A stretch of DNA of 44,374 nucleotides from an uncultured delta proteobacterium (GCA_963840855.1 CAWJBB010000036.1:1-44374); one strand, 5' to 3'. Numbered from the stretch's first letter, positions 18,953 to 30,762 are shown. Translations and numbers: made by a program. The notes: generated by a model from the sequence alone, not told the origin.

Positions 18953-20335
18953 CCGAATTAAGGTTAGCAGCCCGCTCATCGATCCGATCTACTCGCAGAC
19001 CGATCCGAGCCAACCGATCAACCTGGGACGGGTGGCGGTTCAGTTCGACTATGAAGGCACGACGTACAAGGAGATGGCTAACGTCGCGATGAGGTTCATG
19101 CCCGACGACCGGCTTGAATTCGTCTGCCCGCTGGAAAATAAGTCTCCGATGTTCGGCCTGGGATTATTCGTTGACGATGGCCGCGACCTGAAGCTTACGT
19201 TGACAGATAGAGGCATAAGCTTCGACGTTTTTTGTGCGCCCGTTGGTGGAGACCACAACGGGATCGTCTTCTTGCCAAAAAAATCGGGCGTCGTGGTTAT
19301 GCCTCCATCGAACGCCATCTCAACTGTGACGTTCCATTTGTTCAACTTCCCAGACTTCCGTGGACCTGAAAACTACATTTTTATGACGGGTGAACCACCG
19401 CGGCAAGGCGGTCGAAGCTGCGGTAGGGTCGTGTTCAAAGCAGAAGGCTGGAACATTACCGTCGCGGCCACAGACCGGACAGACAGTCTTACGAAGGCAC
19501 TGAAAGCTCATGGTGGCTATGTCATCACGCACATGGGGCGGATAGCGCGAGAGGATGGCTCGACGTTTTCAAGCGAGCATCTCGACGACCTGCTGAGCTG
19601 CTTGCACTACTTCCTTTCTTTCGCCTTGGGCCGTTGGGCAGGCGTCGCGCTACCGATCGGATGCGATGCCGAGGGGAATAAAGTCCTTGAGCAATGGGGT
19701 TTGAGAATCACCGCAGACGGCCCATGGAAGGGCTCGTCTCATGGTTTGACTTGCATCGTGGGGAATTGCTGTCCCAGGTATTTACTGGCTTCATGTCACT
19801 CTGGACGAAACAACTTTGGCGTAAGCCTTTGCGCGACGCTCTTTACTGGTATTTAGGAGCGTGCGATCGCCGCGTCGGGATTGGCGTCGACACCGGATTG
19901 ATCCTCGCTCAGGCGGCGTTGGAACTGCTTGCGTGGACTTACTGCGTCCTCGACCGGAAGATGGTTTCGCCGGCCGCGTTCAAGCGTCGCGGACTCTCCG
20001 CCGCGGACAAGCTGCGGCTTCTGACATCCTCATTAAACATTGCACAAGAGATCCCACCTAATTTTTCAGCGCTGCACAGTAGGCAGGGAAGGAAATGGGC
20101 GGACGGCATGGATGCGATAACCGCCATACGTAACTCGCTTGTCCATCCGGATGCTCAGACAAAGCTTCCAGGCCATTCATACTACGAGGGGTGGAAATTA
20201 TCGTTGTGGTATATCGACCTGGTTCTCCTGCGACTTTGTGGGCACTACGGGAAGTATGCCAACAGATTGGCTCAACAATGGACGGGCGAAGTTGAATCAG
20301 TCCCTTGGGCTCAGAACGAAGCTGACAAAGCATGA
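18945..20335 (+). CDS. ApeA-like HEPN-domain protein (putative RNase defence effector), frameshift near 19730
   Basis: About 460 aa when joined. Beta-rich N-half, helical C-half with AQAALELL and ITAIRNSLVHP (RxxxxH at 20129-20146). Start overlaps the res stop. Confidence 0.65.
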
Positions 20336-20416
20336 TCGTCGCCGAAAGACGACACAATTGTCAGCGAATCCATCCGGCATGCGCGATGATTAACCAGGCG
20401 TCAAGGAAAACTAGTA

Positions 20417-23071
20417 ATGGCTAAGAAGAAGACCACGCCGAAGAAAGTCGAATCCATGCGCCACAAAGACAAGCGCGCCAACATCCCAACGGAGGAACTG
20501 CGCGACTTTGTAGCCGAGGATGAAAAGGCCCCCAAGACCATGCTCTACCCACGCGACCCGTCGCTCGATCCGCAGCTGGTCTGGAAAGGAAAAGATGAAC
20601 AGGACCAAAGGGATCTCGCGGTCCCGGTCGTGCCAATCTACATCCAGGAGAAAATTCACCCGCAGGCGATCATCGAGAACCTGCCGGCAAACGGCCTCTG
20701 CGGGCAAGAAGCGAGCCGGAGCCAACTGCTCTTCGCTGACTTCAACGGCCTCGACGATGACTTCGACAAGAAAGTCGATTTCTACAAGCACGAGCAGCAC
20801 TGGACCAACCGCATGATCCTTGGCGACTCGCTATTGGTGATGACGACCCTTGCCGAGAAGGAAGGCCTCAAGGGCAAGGTGCAGATGCATCTACCTCGAC
20901 CCGCCCTACGGCATCAAGTTCGGCTCCAACTGGCAGGTGACCACCCGCAAGCGCGACGTAAAGGACGGCAAGGCCGAGGACGCCACCAGCCAGCCCGAGC
21001 AGGTGCGCGCCTTCCGCGATACCTGGAAACTGGGCATCCACTCCTATCTGGCTTACCTGCGCGACCGGCTGACCGTGGCCCGCGACCTGCTCACGGAGAC
21101 GGGCAGCGTCTTTGTGCAGATTGGGGATGAGAACGTGCATCTGGTGCGATGCGTGATGGATGAGGTGTTTGGGAGTGAGAATTTCGTAAGTCTTATCAGT
21201 TTTCGTACAAGAACGTCGAGCCTACGGCGGAGATTTCCTCGGGAACAGCTGCGACTACATCGCTTTGGTACGCGAAAGAACAGTGAACACTTGAAATATC
21301 AGGCAGATGTATCGTGACAAAAGCTACGGAGGAAGATGTTGGCGGACGATACTCGCGAGTGGAATTACCGGATGGAAATCGCCGACGTTATGACGACAGA
21401 GGAAAGGAGACGACATTAACCGACTACCTCCGGGCACGACGGATTTATCGCCATGACAACCTGACATCGCAAAGCGGAACAGAGAACGAGCAAATTCCCG
21501 GTGGTATTTGAAGGAGCGAAGTACATCCTTGCCGCAAGTGGACGACTGGAAAACCAACACCGAAGGGATGCAGCGATTACTTGGCGGCACGCCGCATTGC
21601 TGCGCCAAGCGTGAACTCACTTGCGTATGTGCGCTTTCTCGATGATTTCCCGGCCGCGACATTTATCAAACGTCTGGACGGACACTGCAGTCAGGGGCAT
21701 TTACCGACGATAAGATCTATGTCGTTCAAACTAACACGAAGGTCATTGAACGCTGCCTCCTCATGACCACCGACCCCGGCGACCTGGTAATCGACCCGAC
21801 ATGCGGTAGCGGCACGACCGCTTATCGTCGCCGAGCAGTGGGGCCGACGCTGGATCACCGGCGACACAAGCCGCGTTGCTCTGGCCCTCGCCCGCACGCG
21901 CCTGATGGCAGCGAAGTATCCTTACTATCTGCTGGCCGACTCACCCGAAGGCATCACGAAAGAAACTGAACTAACGGGCAAGCTGCCCCCCGCATATAAG
22001 ACAGAAAGCGACATCAAGAAAGGCTTCGTCTACAAGCGCGTGCCGCACGTGACGCTCAAATCCATCGCCAACAACCCGGATATCAGGGAAGGCATGACGC
22101 CGCGAGCAGACTCGACGCGCGCCATCGCTCGTCACGCCGAGCACCGAAACGCTCTACGATCAGCCCTACGAAGACAACGAAGCGTATCCGCGTGACCGGG
22201 CCGTTCACGGTGGAAAGCCTCTCGCCGCATCGCGTGCTGCGCTGCTAAAGAGAACCACGATGGCAGTGTCACTGAACAGGAAGCGCAAGCAAGCAACAGG
22301 ACTTCGCCACGATGATCCTCGAAAACCTGCGTAAAGCTGGCGTGCAGAACACGAAGAAGAGCGAGCGGCTGAAGTTCGACACGTCTCGACACCTATGCCG
22401 GGCCAGTGGATACACGCCGATCGGCAATTACGCCGAGGCTGACGGCAAGACGAGGCGAGCCGCTATTTCCATAGGCCCTGAGCATGGCACCGTCGGGCCG
22501 CTTCAAGTCAAAGAAGCGGCGAAGGAAGCGGTCAAGGGCGTCGGTTTCGATATGCTGATCGTCTGCGGTTTCGCCTTCGATCCGCATGTTTCCGAAGAGG
22601 CGAAGCGTTACGGTAAGCTTAATGTTATTGCCAGCCAAAATGAACCCGGACCTGGCGATGGGCAACGAACTCTTGAAGAAGACCGGAGCCGGAAACCTCT
22701 TCATGTATCTTCGGCGAACCGGATATCGTTATCACGAAACAAAAGGATGGAAAGATCGTCGCCGAGATAAAAGGCTTGGACGTGTACGACCCCACCACCG
22801 GCGAGATCCGCACGTCGTCAACCGACGACATCGCCTGCTGGTTCATCGACACGAACTACAACGGCGAGAGCTTTTTCGTCCGCCACGCCTACTTCACGGG
22901 AGCCGAAGAACCCTACGACAAACTCAAGCGATCGCTCCGCGCTGAAATCGACGAGGCAGCCTGGTCTGCTCTCTACAGCACGAAAAGCAGTCCCTTCGAC
23001 CTGCCCGAAGACTGGCAAAATCGCGCGTAAAGGTCATCAATCACTATGGCGACGAAGTTTTGAAGATCTAA
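20417..23071 (+). CDS. Site-specific adenine DNA methyltransferase (type III Mod-like, beta class), many frameshifts
   Basis: [16 protein letters not shown] (20898), [26 protein letters not shown] (21793), long C-terminal region ending [13 protein letters not shown]. Confidence 0.85.
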
Positions 23072-23081
23072 GACATGTAGG

Positions 23082-23573
23082 CTAAGCGCTTCGGGATTTC
23101 CGATTAGCGGTATTCCGGTAGAGGCGCTGATCAGCTGGTCTTCTAACCGGCGAGACTAGTTCCTTGAGTTTCTTGGTGAGCTTCATGTTTTCGGAATAGT
23201 TCACCGGGCAATCGATGATCGAAACGGTTTCATCGGCCAGGGCTTGCTTGAGCATCGGCGCGAGATCGGCGGCGCGCTCGACGCGATAACCCTCGGCGCC
23301 GAAGGTCTCGGCGTATTTGACAAAGTCTGGGTTCTTAAAATCGATGTGGCTGGACCTGCCGAAGCGACGAAGCTGGTGCCAGGTGATGAGACCGTACTCC
23401 GAGTCGTTCCAGATCAAAATGATAAAAGGCGTTCCGATCTGGAGCGTAGTTTCGATCTCTTGCGAGTTCATCACGAAACCTGCATCGCCCGTCACCGCCA
23501 CCACTTTGCGGTCCGTATACGCTAGCTTGGCTGCGACTGCGCCAGGCACCGCGATTCCCATCGAGGCAAAGCC
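23082..23573 (-). pseudogene. C-terminal TPP-binding fragment of an acetolactate synthase-like gene
   Basis: GFASMGIAVPGA, TGDAGF...WNDSEYG TPP motif, NPDFVKYAE. The N-terminal two-thirds are absent upstream. Confidence 0.75.
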
Positions 23574-23911
23574 ATGACACAGCTAAGGGGCCAGGTCTAG
23601 AATTGATGCATATCGGCTAAACCACCCGCGGCATCCACTGTCTGGGGAGAAAAAGACGTGTTCGTGAATCGTGGGCGTAGGAAACAGCTTTTCCAGGAAA
23701 GATCAGGGTTCGGCTTGAATATGTGAATGAACAAGTGAACCTGTTAAAGCCAAGCTCGATATTTTATGGCGGAGCGACGAACAATTGTGACGGTCGGATT
23801 CCCTGATCCGCATGTTGTTATTTAGGTAAGATCTCGATTCCGTCGAACAATGCCACGAAATCGCCGTACGCTGCGGTGATTTCAATTAGAAGTTCTATAA
23901 AAGAAACCGAC

Positions 23912-24067
23912 TCAGCGTGAACCCTTTGCTGCCGATTTCTTGCCGTGGCTTGTGATCGCGCGCTCTAGATCGGTGAGTTCTTCGCATTTGAACGAACAAA
24001 TCTCGCGCAGTGCTTTGAGGTCCTTTTCGGCGCTCTTTAAATCACCATTCATGAGACAAGCTTCGCC
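23912..24067 (-). pseudogene. C-terminal remnant of a TPR-repeat protein
   Basis: GEACLMNGDLKSAEKDLKALREICSFKCEELTDLERAI resembles TPR-protein C-termini with a CxxxC cap. No N-terminal part. Confidence 0.45.
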
Positions 24068-24085
24068 GCAGGTTGGTCGCTTTTC

Positions 24086-25290
24086 TCACGCTCTTGTTCT
24101 TCGCAAGCGGTAAAAAAGGGTTGTGGTGACGATCAGCGATAAGCCGGCCGTGAGGGCGATGCCTGCAGGGGCGCCGAAGATAGTTGCGAAGGCGCCCATG
24201 ACCACGGAACCTAGCGAGCGCATTCCCTGGTCCATGTTAAAAACGCTCATCACCCGCCCCAATAATTCCCGCGGCGCTTCGAATTGAATGATCACCCGGC
24301 TGGTGGTGCGAAAACCTACCTGTCCGGCGCCGACGAGAGCGAGCAGTAACACGGAGAGCCACAGAACCGGTGACGCGCAAAACAGCATGAGAAAAACCGG
24401 GGTAAGAGTTGTCATGATCCACAAAAGCATGGCTCGGTTCCAGCGCTCTCCCATCATGGCCAGAAACATCAAGCATGCGATTCCTCCCGCGCCCGGCGCC
24501 GCCATGAGCAATCCCAGTCCCTCGGGGCCGACGTTGAGAACCTCTTTGGCGAAGATCGGCAGGAAGCGCTGGTAAGTGACAATGCAAGTGCTAAAGGTGC
24601 AGGCCGCCACGACGCTGATCAATATCAAGGGAGAGTTCCACACATATCGAAAGCCTTCTTTGAATTCACGCAAAAAGTTTTCGTCCGGTTTCGCCGCTCG
24701 CACGTCCGTCAGATGCATGAGAATGAATCCGAAGCCCGACAGAATTAGGCTTGTGGCATAGATCCAGTAACAACCCCCTACGCCGATCCACAAGACGAGG
24801 ACGCCGCCGATGGACGGACCCACGATGCGAGCGAAATTACCGCCCATCGTGAAGAGCGAGACCGCGTTCATAAGATCCTTATAAGGCACCAACTCCGACA
24901 TGATGGACTGCGACGCCGAAGGGTTGACGGCGCGAATCGCGCCGTTCAAGATCTCCAGCGCGAGCAAATGCCAAAGCTCCAGAGCGTTGAAGGCGTAAAG
25001 GGCGACGAAGACCAAAAGTGGAAAGGCAGTGGCAAACTGGATGATGATCAACAGGCGCTTGCGGTCATAGCGGTCGACCCACACCCCTCCGAAGGCGCCT
25101 AGCAATAGACGAGGAGCCGCGCCGCACAGTCCCAGGATTCCCAACGCCATCGCTGACCCGGAGACTTCATAGGCCACCCAGTAGAGCGCGACCTCCTGGA
25201 CATGATGGCCCAGGGACGCGAGCAGGTCGCTGGACCAGAATAGCGCATAGTCGCGGTACTTGAGGGATTGAAAAATTCGAATGCGCCGGT
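24086..25290 (-). CDS. MFS transporter (DHA3/H+ antiporter-like), frameshift near 25203, exact start uncertain
   Basis: FQSLKYRDYALFW N-terminus in another frame, GGVWVDRYDRKRL motif A, multiple TM helices, APRELLGRVMS. Confidence 0.8.
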
Positions 25291-25653
25291 ACTCCTTCCA
25301 GCCTGGTTCAGGTTAATGCCCGACTACTAACCGATGTTCGTCGGCGATTTTAGTTCTGTGCGTGACGAGTTTCGAGTCTCCCGGCTTGGGATTGTAATTC
25401 ATTTTTCTGAATTCTCGTAGTTTTATATGGAATAGCCAATCAAAGCCGAAACATTTGTCTATCTTAAACAACCCCGCGGGGGATAAATTAGGTTCGGCTT
25501 GGGATTAGATTAGAGGACCGTTGGGTCCATCCTCAAAACTCGTCGGCGAAATCGGCGGCAATTCATACTATCGATCGTCTGGGCGTTGTCACGCAACCAT
25601 TCCAAAACGCTCTCAGCTGATGAATGGCTGAGATTGGATGCCCGGCGCGCCCT

Positions 25654-25688
25654 TGCATTTCGCAATCAGCAAAGCGATGCGCTTTGCA
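25654..25688. promoter_or_regulatory. Two TGCA-N3-TGCA-like putative enhancer sites
   Basis: TGCATTTCGCA (25654-25664) and TGCGCTTTGCA (25678-25688), upstream of the sigma54 box. Perfect copy at 36131. Confidence 0.5.
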
Positions 25689-25748
25689 AATTACAAGGCG
25701 GTTCTCGTTTGTTGGGTCGAAAGCGCAATGATTTCGCAGCGCAAGGGT

Positions 25749-25763
25749 TGGCATTGCGCTTGC
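25749..25763 (+). promoter_or_regulatory. sigma54 (-24/-12) promoter of the kdp operon
   Basis: TGGCAT-TGCGC-TTGC matches TGGCAC-N5-TTGC with exact GG-N10-GC spacing, about 45 nt before the first ORF. Confidence 0.75.
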
Positions 25764-25806
25764 GGTAGTAGTTTGACGCATGACTCTAATTTTAGGAGCG
25801 GCTCAG

Positions 25807-25890
25807 ATGGCGGACGTCATATTTATCGTCATCACAGTTGTCTTCTTTCTAATCTCTTGGTGCTACGTCAAAGGGTGCGACCGTCTATAA
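25807..25890 (+). CDS. 27-aa single-TM peptide preceding kdpF
   Basis: AGGAG RBS, MADVIFIVITVVFFLISWCYVKGCDRL*. Not in the ORF track. Confidence 0.7.
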   Translation: MADVIFIVITVVFFLISWCYVKGCDRL

Positions 25891-25901
25891 CGGAGGGTGT
25901 T

Positions 25902-25991
25902 ATGACATCGGAATATGTCATCGGAATAGTCGTGTCATTTCTTATTATGGACTATTTGATTTACGCGCTTCTTTGGCCAGAGAAGTTCTAG
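25902..25991 (+). CDS. kdpF: K+-transporting ATPase subunit F
   Basis: GGAGG RBS, 29 aa ending YLIYALLWPEKF. Confidence 0.9.
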   Translation: MTSEYVIGIVVSFLIMDYLIYALLWPEKF

Positions 25992-26079
25992 CCTTGAGAG
26001 TCGCGAAGTCGTGAGGGGATTTATAGCAAGGCGAAATTTACCGGAGTAGCTTTGCAGGGGTGCAAAGTCGGGAGAGGTT

Positions 26080-27799
26080 ATGACGACCATTGGATGGATT
26101 CAGATTCTTTTGTTTTCACTCGTTATATTTGCTGTCACCAAGCCTCTCGGAAGTTACATGTTTCGTGTATTCGAGGGCGATCGGCAGCCTTTGCCACGCT
26201 TCTTCGGACCGATCGAACGGTTGATTTATCGCCTCTGCGGCGTTGACCCCAAAGCGCAGCAAGATTGGAAGCAATACGCCCTTGCGATGCTGCTCTTCAG
26301 CGCATCACGTTGCTCGTGACCTACGCTATCGAGCGGTTACAGCACGTCCTTCCCTTAAATCCACAGAACCTAGGTCCCGTGCCGGCTGATCTTGCATTCG
26401 GTACTGCGTCTAGTTTCACCACCAATACGAACTGGCAGGCGTACGGTGGCGAGTCGACGATGAGCTATCTGACTCAGATGGCGGGGCTCGCCTGGCACAA
26501 CTTCATCTCCGTCGGCATCGGCATCGGCGTCATGTTGGCGATCGCGCGCGGCATGACCTATCGCTTCAGCCCGGCGCGCCGAAAACGATCGGCAATTTTT
26601 GGGTCGATCTGAACCGTTCCGTGGTCTATCTCCTTATTCCTTTTTCCGTCGTCATGGCGTTGGTGCTGGTGTGGCAAGGAGTTCTGCAAAACTTTTCATC
26701 CTACATCGAACTGACGACACTGGAAGGAGCGAAGCAAACTCTGGCCATGGGGCCGGTAGCGTCGCAGATAGCGATCAAAGAACTCGGCACCAATGGCGGC
26801 GGTTTTTTCAACGCCAACAGCGCTCATCCGTTCGAGGAGGAACTCCGCTGGCGAATTTCATCGAAATGATAGCGATTTTCGCGATCCCGGCGGCGCAGAC
26901 TTATACGTACGGCCTCATGGCGCGCGACACCAAGCAAGGCTGGATGCTCTTCGGAGCGATGGCGATTTGTTTTTTATGGGCGTGACGACGGCTTATTACT
27001 TCGAGACAAGGCCCAATCCAGTGATGCAAGGTATGGCCGTGGATCAAACGGCCGGCAACATGGGAGGGAAAAGAAGTTCGCTATGGCGTTGCCAACTCCG
27101 TGACTTGGGCGACAGCAACGACCGACGCGTCAAACGGTTCGGTCAATTCCATGCACGATAGTTACAATCCTCTCGGCGGTCTCGTGCCCCTCGCGAACAT
27201 TCAGCTCGGCGAACTGGTCTTCGGCGGCGTCGGCGCGGGGCTTTACGCCATGCTGGTGTTTGTTCTGGTCTCCGTGTTTATCGCCGGGTTGATGGTCGGG
27301 CGCACGCCCGAATATCTCGGCAAGAAAATCGAATCACGGGAGATCAAGCTCTCAATGCTTTACGTGCTGATCTTTCCGTTGCTGATTCTTTATTTCACCG
27401 GCTGGTCGCGTCGTCGCGCCGTACGGCCTTTCATCCTTGAACAACGCCGGACCGCACGGGCTTAGCGAAATCTTATACGCTTATAGCAGCGCCGCGGGAA
27501 ACAACGGCTCCGCTTTCGCCGGACTGAACGCTAACACACCCTGGTACAACGTCAGCCTCGGCCTGACGATGCTTGCCGGGCGCTTTTTGATGATCATTCC
27601 CGTGCTGGCGGTTGCTGGCTCATTAGTAGGGAAGAAAGCCGTGCCGGAAAGTCTGGGCACATTCCCGACCAACGGATCGCTTTTCGTCGTGCTGCTGGTC
27701 GGCATCATTATTATCGTCGGGGCATTGACGTTTTTCCCGGCGCTGGCGCTTGGGCCGATCGTCGAACATTTTTTGGCCAATGCAGGAAAGGTGTACTAA
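26080..27799 (+). CDS. kdpA: K+-transporting ATPase subunit A, several frameshifts
   Basis: [75 protein letters not shown]. Confidence 0.95.
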
Positions 27800-27800
27800 G

Positions 27801-29849
27801 ATGGCAGACACTCGCTTAAAAGAACGTTCACTCTTCGATCCTGAAATCATGCGGCCGGCGATTTGGGAGAGCTTTCGCAAGCTCGTGCCGCAGCACGTGA
27901 TCAAGAACCCGGTCATGTTCGTGGTCGAGATCGGCAGCGTGCTGACCACCTTGATCCTGGTACGCGATCTTTTCGCTCCGACAGCGGGTTCTCAGCCGCT
28001 CTGGTTTACGTTCAACGTTGCTTTTTGGCTGTGGTTCACGGTGGTGTTTGCCAACTTCGCCGAAGCTGTCGCTGAGGGGCGAGGCAAGGCCCAGGCCGCG
28101 ACTCTGCGCAAGATGCGCCAAGAAACCACCGCGCGGAAGCTGACCAATGGCAAACGCGAGGAGACGGTTCCTGCCTCGGCGCTGCGCAAAGGAGATACCG
28201 TCGTCGTGGAAGCGGGGGAAATTATTCCCGGCGACGGCGACGTAATCGAAGGCATAGCTTCGGTCGATGAATCGGCGATTACGGGCGAATCTGCGCCGGT
28301 AATCCGTGAGAGCGGCGGCGACCGTTCGGCCGTAACCGGGGGCACGAAGGTTTTGTCCGACCGCATCGTCGTACGCATTACGGCGAGTCCCGGGGAATCT
28401 TTCTTCGATCGCATGATCGCTCTGGTCGAAGGAGCGGAACGGCAAAAGACGCCCAACGAAATCGCACTCAATATCTTGCTCGCCGGCTTGACCCTGGTCT
28501 TTTTGTTCGCCTGCGTGACGCTGGTACCTATGGCGCTCTATTCGGGCATAGCCAGTATGTCCGTAACAGTTATCGTTGCCCTATTGGTTTGTCTCATACC
28601 GACGACCATTGGCGGCTTGCTTTCCGCCATCGGCATTGCCGGCATCGACCGGTTGTTACGCAAGAATGTTCTAGCGATGAGTGGACGCGCCGTCGAAGCC
28701 GCAGGCGACGTCGATACATTGCTCTTGGATAAGACCGGAACCATCACCTTGGGTAATCGTATGGCGACGGAATTCATTACGCTGGACGGAGAACGCCTAG
28801 CGGAGTTGGCCGATGCGGCGCAGCTTGCGAGCTTGGCAGACGAAACGCCCGAAGGCCGATCCATCGTCGTTCTCGCCAAAGAGCAGTATAGCCTGCGCGG
28901 GCGCAGCGTCGAGCAACTCGGCGCGAAATTTATACCCTTCAGCGCACAAACGCGTATGAGCGGCTGTGATCTCGATGGACGTGTTATCCGCAAGGGCGCG
29001 GCCGACGCCATTATCAACCACGTCAAAGCCCTGGGCGGAAACGTCTCATCCCAACTCGAGGCGATCACCGAACGCATTGGCGATAGCGGCGGGACACCGC
29101 TCGCCGTTTCTGACGGAAATCGGATTCTCGGAGTTATTCATCTCAAGGACGTCGTGAAAGGCGGAATCAAAGAGCGCTTCGATCGTTTCCGCGCCATGGG
29201 GATTCGCACCGTGATGATTACGGGAGACAATCCACGCACTGCGGCGGCGATCGCGCGCGAAGCGGGGGTCGACGATTTCCTCGCGGAAGCGACTCCCGAG
29301 GCGAAGATGCGGTTGATAAAGGATGAGCAGGCCAAAGGCATGCTCGTTGCAATGACAGGCGACGGTACCAACGACGCGCCCGCCTTGGCGCAAGCGGACG
29401 TTGGCGTCGCCATGAACACCGGAACGCAGGCAGCGAAAGAAGCCGGCAACATGGTTGACCTGGATTCGAATCCAACCAAACTCCTGGAAGTTGTTGAAAT
29501 CGGCAAGCAGATGCTTATGACTCGCGGCGTGCTGACGACTTTTTCCATCGCCAACGACGTTGCGAAGTATTTCGCGATCATCCCCGCTATGTTCATGGGT
29601 GTTTATCCGGAGATCGCACCCTTGAACATCATGCATCTGGCGTCGCCGCAGAGCGCGATTCTCTCCGCGGTGATTTTCAACGCCATCATTATTATTCTGC
29701 TCATTCCATTGGCTTTGCGGGGCGTCCAGTATCGACCGATCGGCGCCGGCCCGTTGTTGGCGCGCTCTCTGCTGATTTACGGAGTAGGCGGAGTCGTAGC
29801 GCCATTTATTGGAATCAAGCTCATTGATTTGGTTTTGGAGTGTCCGTAG
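27801..29849 (+). CDS. kdpB: K+-transporting ATPase subunit B (P-type ATPase)
   Basis: [28 protein letters not shown]. Start ATG 27801; the last codons may be affected by an indel. Confidence 0.95.
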   Translation: MADTRLKERSLFDPEIMRPAIWESFRKLVPQHVIKNPVMFVVEIGSVLTTLILVRDLFAPTAGSQPLWFTFNVAFWLWFTVVFANFAEAVAEGRGKAQAATLRKMRQETTARKLTNGKREETVPASALRKGDTVVVEAGEIIPGDGDVIEGIASVDESAITGESAPVIRESGGDRSAVTGGTKVLSDRIVVRITASPGESFFDRMIALVEGAERQKTPNEIALNILLAGLTLVFLFACVTLVPMALYSGIASMSVTVIVALLVCLIPTTIGGLLSAIGIAGIDRLLRKNVLAMSGRAVEAAGDVDTLLLDKTGTITLGNRMATEFITLDGERLAELADAAQLASLADETPEGRSIVVLAKEQYSLRGRSVEQLGAKFIPFSAQTRMSGCDLDGRVIRKGAADAIINHVKALGGNVSSQLEAITERIGDSGGTPLAVSDGNRILGVIHLKDVVKGGIKERFDRFRAMGIRTVMITGDNPRTAAAIAREAGVDDFLAEATPEAKMRLIKDEQAKGMLVAMTGDGTNDAPALAQADVGVAMNTGTQAAKEAGNMVDLDSNPTKLLEVVEIGKQMLMTRGVLTTFSIANDVAKYFAIIPAMFMGVYPEIAPLNIMHLASPQSAILSAVIFNAIIIILLIPLALRGVQYRPIGAGPLLARSLLIYGVGGVVAPFIGIKLIDLVLECP

Positions 29850-29933
29850 GACTGGTTGAAAGGCGTGAGGCGCGAGCCGGAGCTGAGGCAAAGTTCTATG
29901 ACGAACTGTGAGATACTAACCCTAGGAGTAACT

Positions 29934-30622
29934 ATGAAAAATACTTGGTATCGCTATAACGAACTACAGTGTACTCTTGTTCTAACCGGACTTCTCTATC
30001 CCTTCGCGATGACCGGACTCGCTCAAGTGCTCTTCCCTTGGCGAGCAAACGGCAGCTTGGTGACAGATGAAAAAGGGTCAAGTCGTCGGCTCGGAATTGA
30101 TTGCGACAGGGATTTGCCAATCCAGCCTATTTTCAGCCAAGGCCGTCGGCGGCCGGAGAGAAGGGCTACGACGCGACGTCTTCGTCGGGCTCCAACCTCG
30201 GTCCGACGTCGAAGAAGTTGCAGGACCGTATAAACGACGATCTCAAACGATTGAAGGCAGAAAATCCGGAAGCCACCGGATCCGTTCCCGCTGAACTTGT
30301 CACTACGTCTGCGAGCGGACTCGATCCGCATCTTTCGCCTGAAGCGATGCTCTGGCAGCTGCCGCGAGTTGCCAAGGCGCGCGGTGTGGCTGCTGAGCGA
30401 GTGAAAGCCGCTGTCGATGCGAACGTGGAAGGAAGAACTTTCGGTATATTAGGCGAGCGCAGGGTCAATGTGCTTCTGGTCAATTTAGCGCTTGATCGGC
30501 AATTCGGCCGGCCGGCTCCACTTCCTCCGGCTCCCGAAAAGAAGGAAACGAAGGATGCGAACAAAGAGGGCGCGACGCCCTCGCCACCGGCAAACCAGAG
30601 CGCTCCGCCTCCGGAGAAATAA
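29934..30622 (+). CDS. kdpC: K+-transporting ATPase subunit C, frameshifts near the 5' end
   Basis: LYPFAMTGLAQVLFPWRANGS, YFQPRPSAAG, SGSNLGP, TTSASGLDPHLS, VNVLLVNLALD. AGGAG RBS. Confidence 0.9.
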
Positions 30623-30762
30623 CGCGCCGATGGGAGGAGTTGATGAAGAAGATTGAAGCGATCCGCTTCAGTGGTAAAGATATGCTTTCCAGCCTATATT
30701 CGCATAGCAGTGGTAATGCGGAGAAGCTTGTCGGCTGCTACTCAAAGCTCCCTCGGATAGTC

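Noticed and set aside
23069-23080. TAA-GAC-ATG-TAG at the mod end as readthrough
   Set aside because: It affects only three residues and could be a TAC-to-TAA change or error. No recoding signal is present.
14450-24085. Island as a prophage or integrative element
   Set aside because: No integrase, transposase, tRNA target or phage structural genes are visible, only defence genes and debris.
25290-25402. Upstream ATG 25402 as the MFS start or a leader peptide
   Set aside because: An in-frame TAA intervenes and the peptide has no attenuator-like features, so the start is left uncertain.
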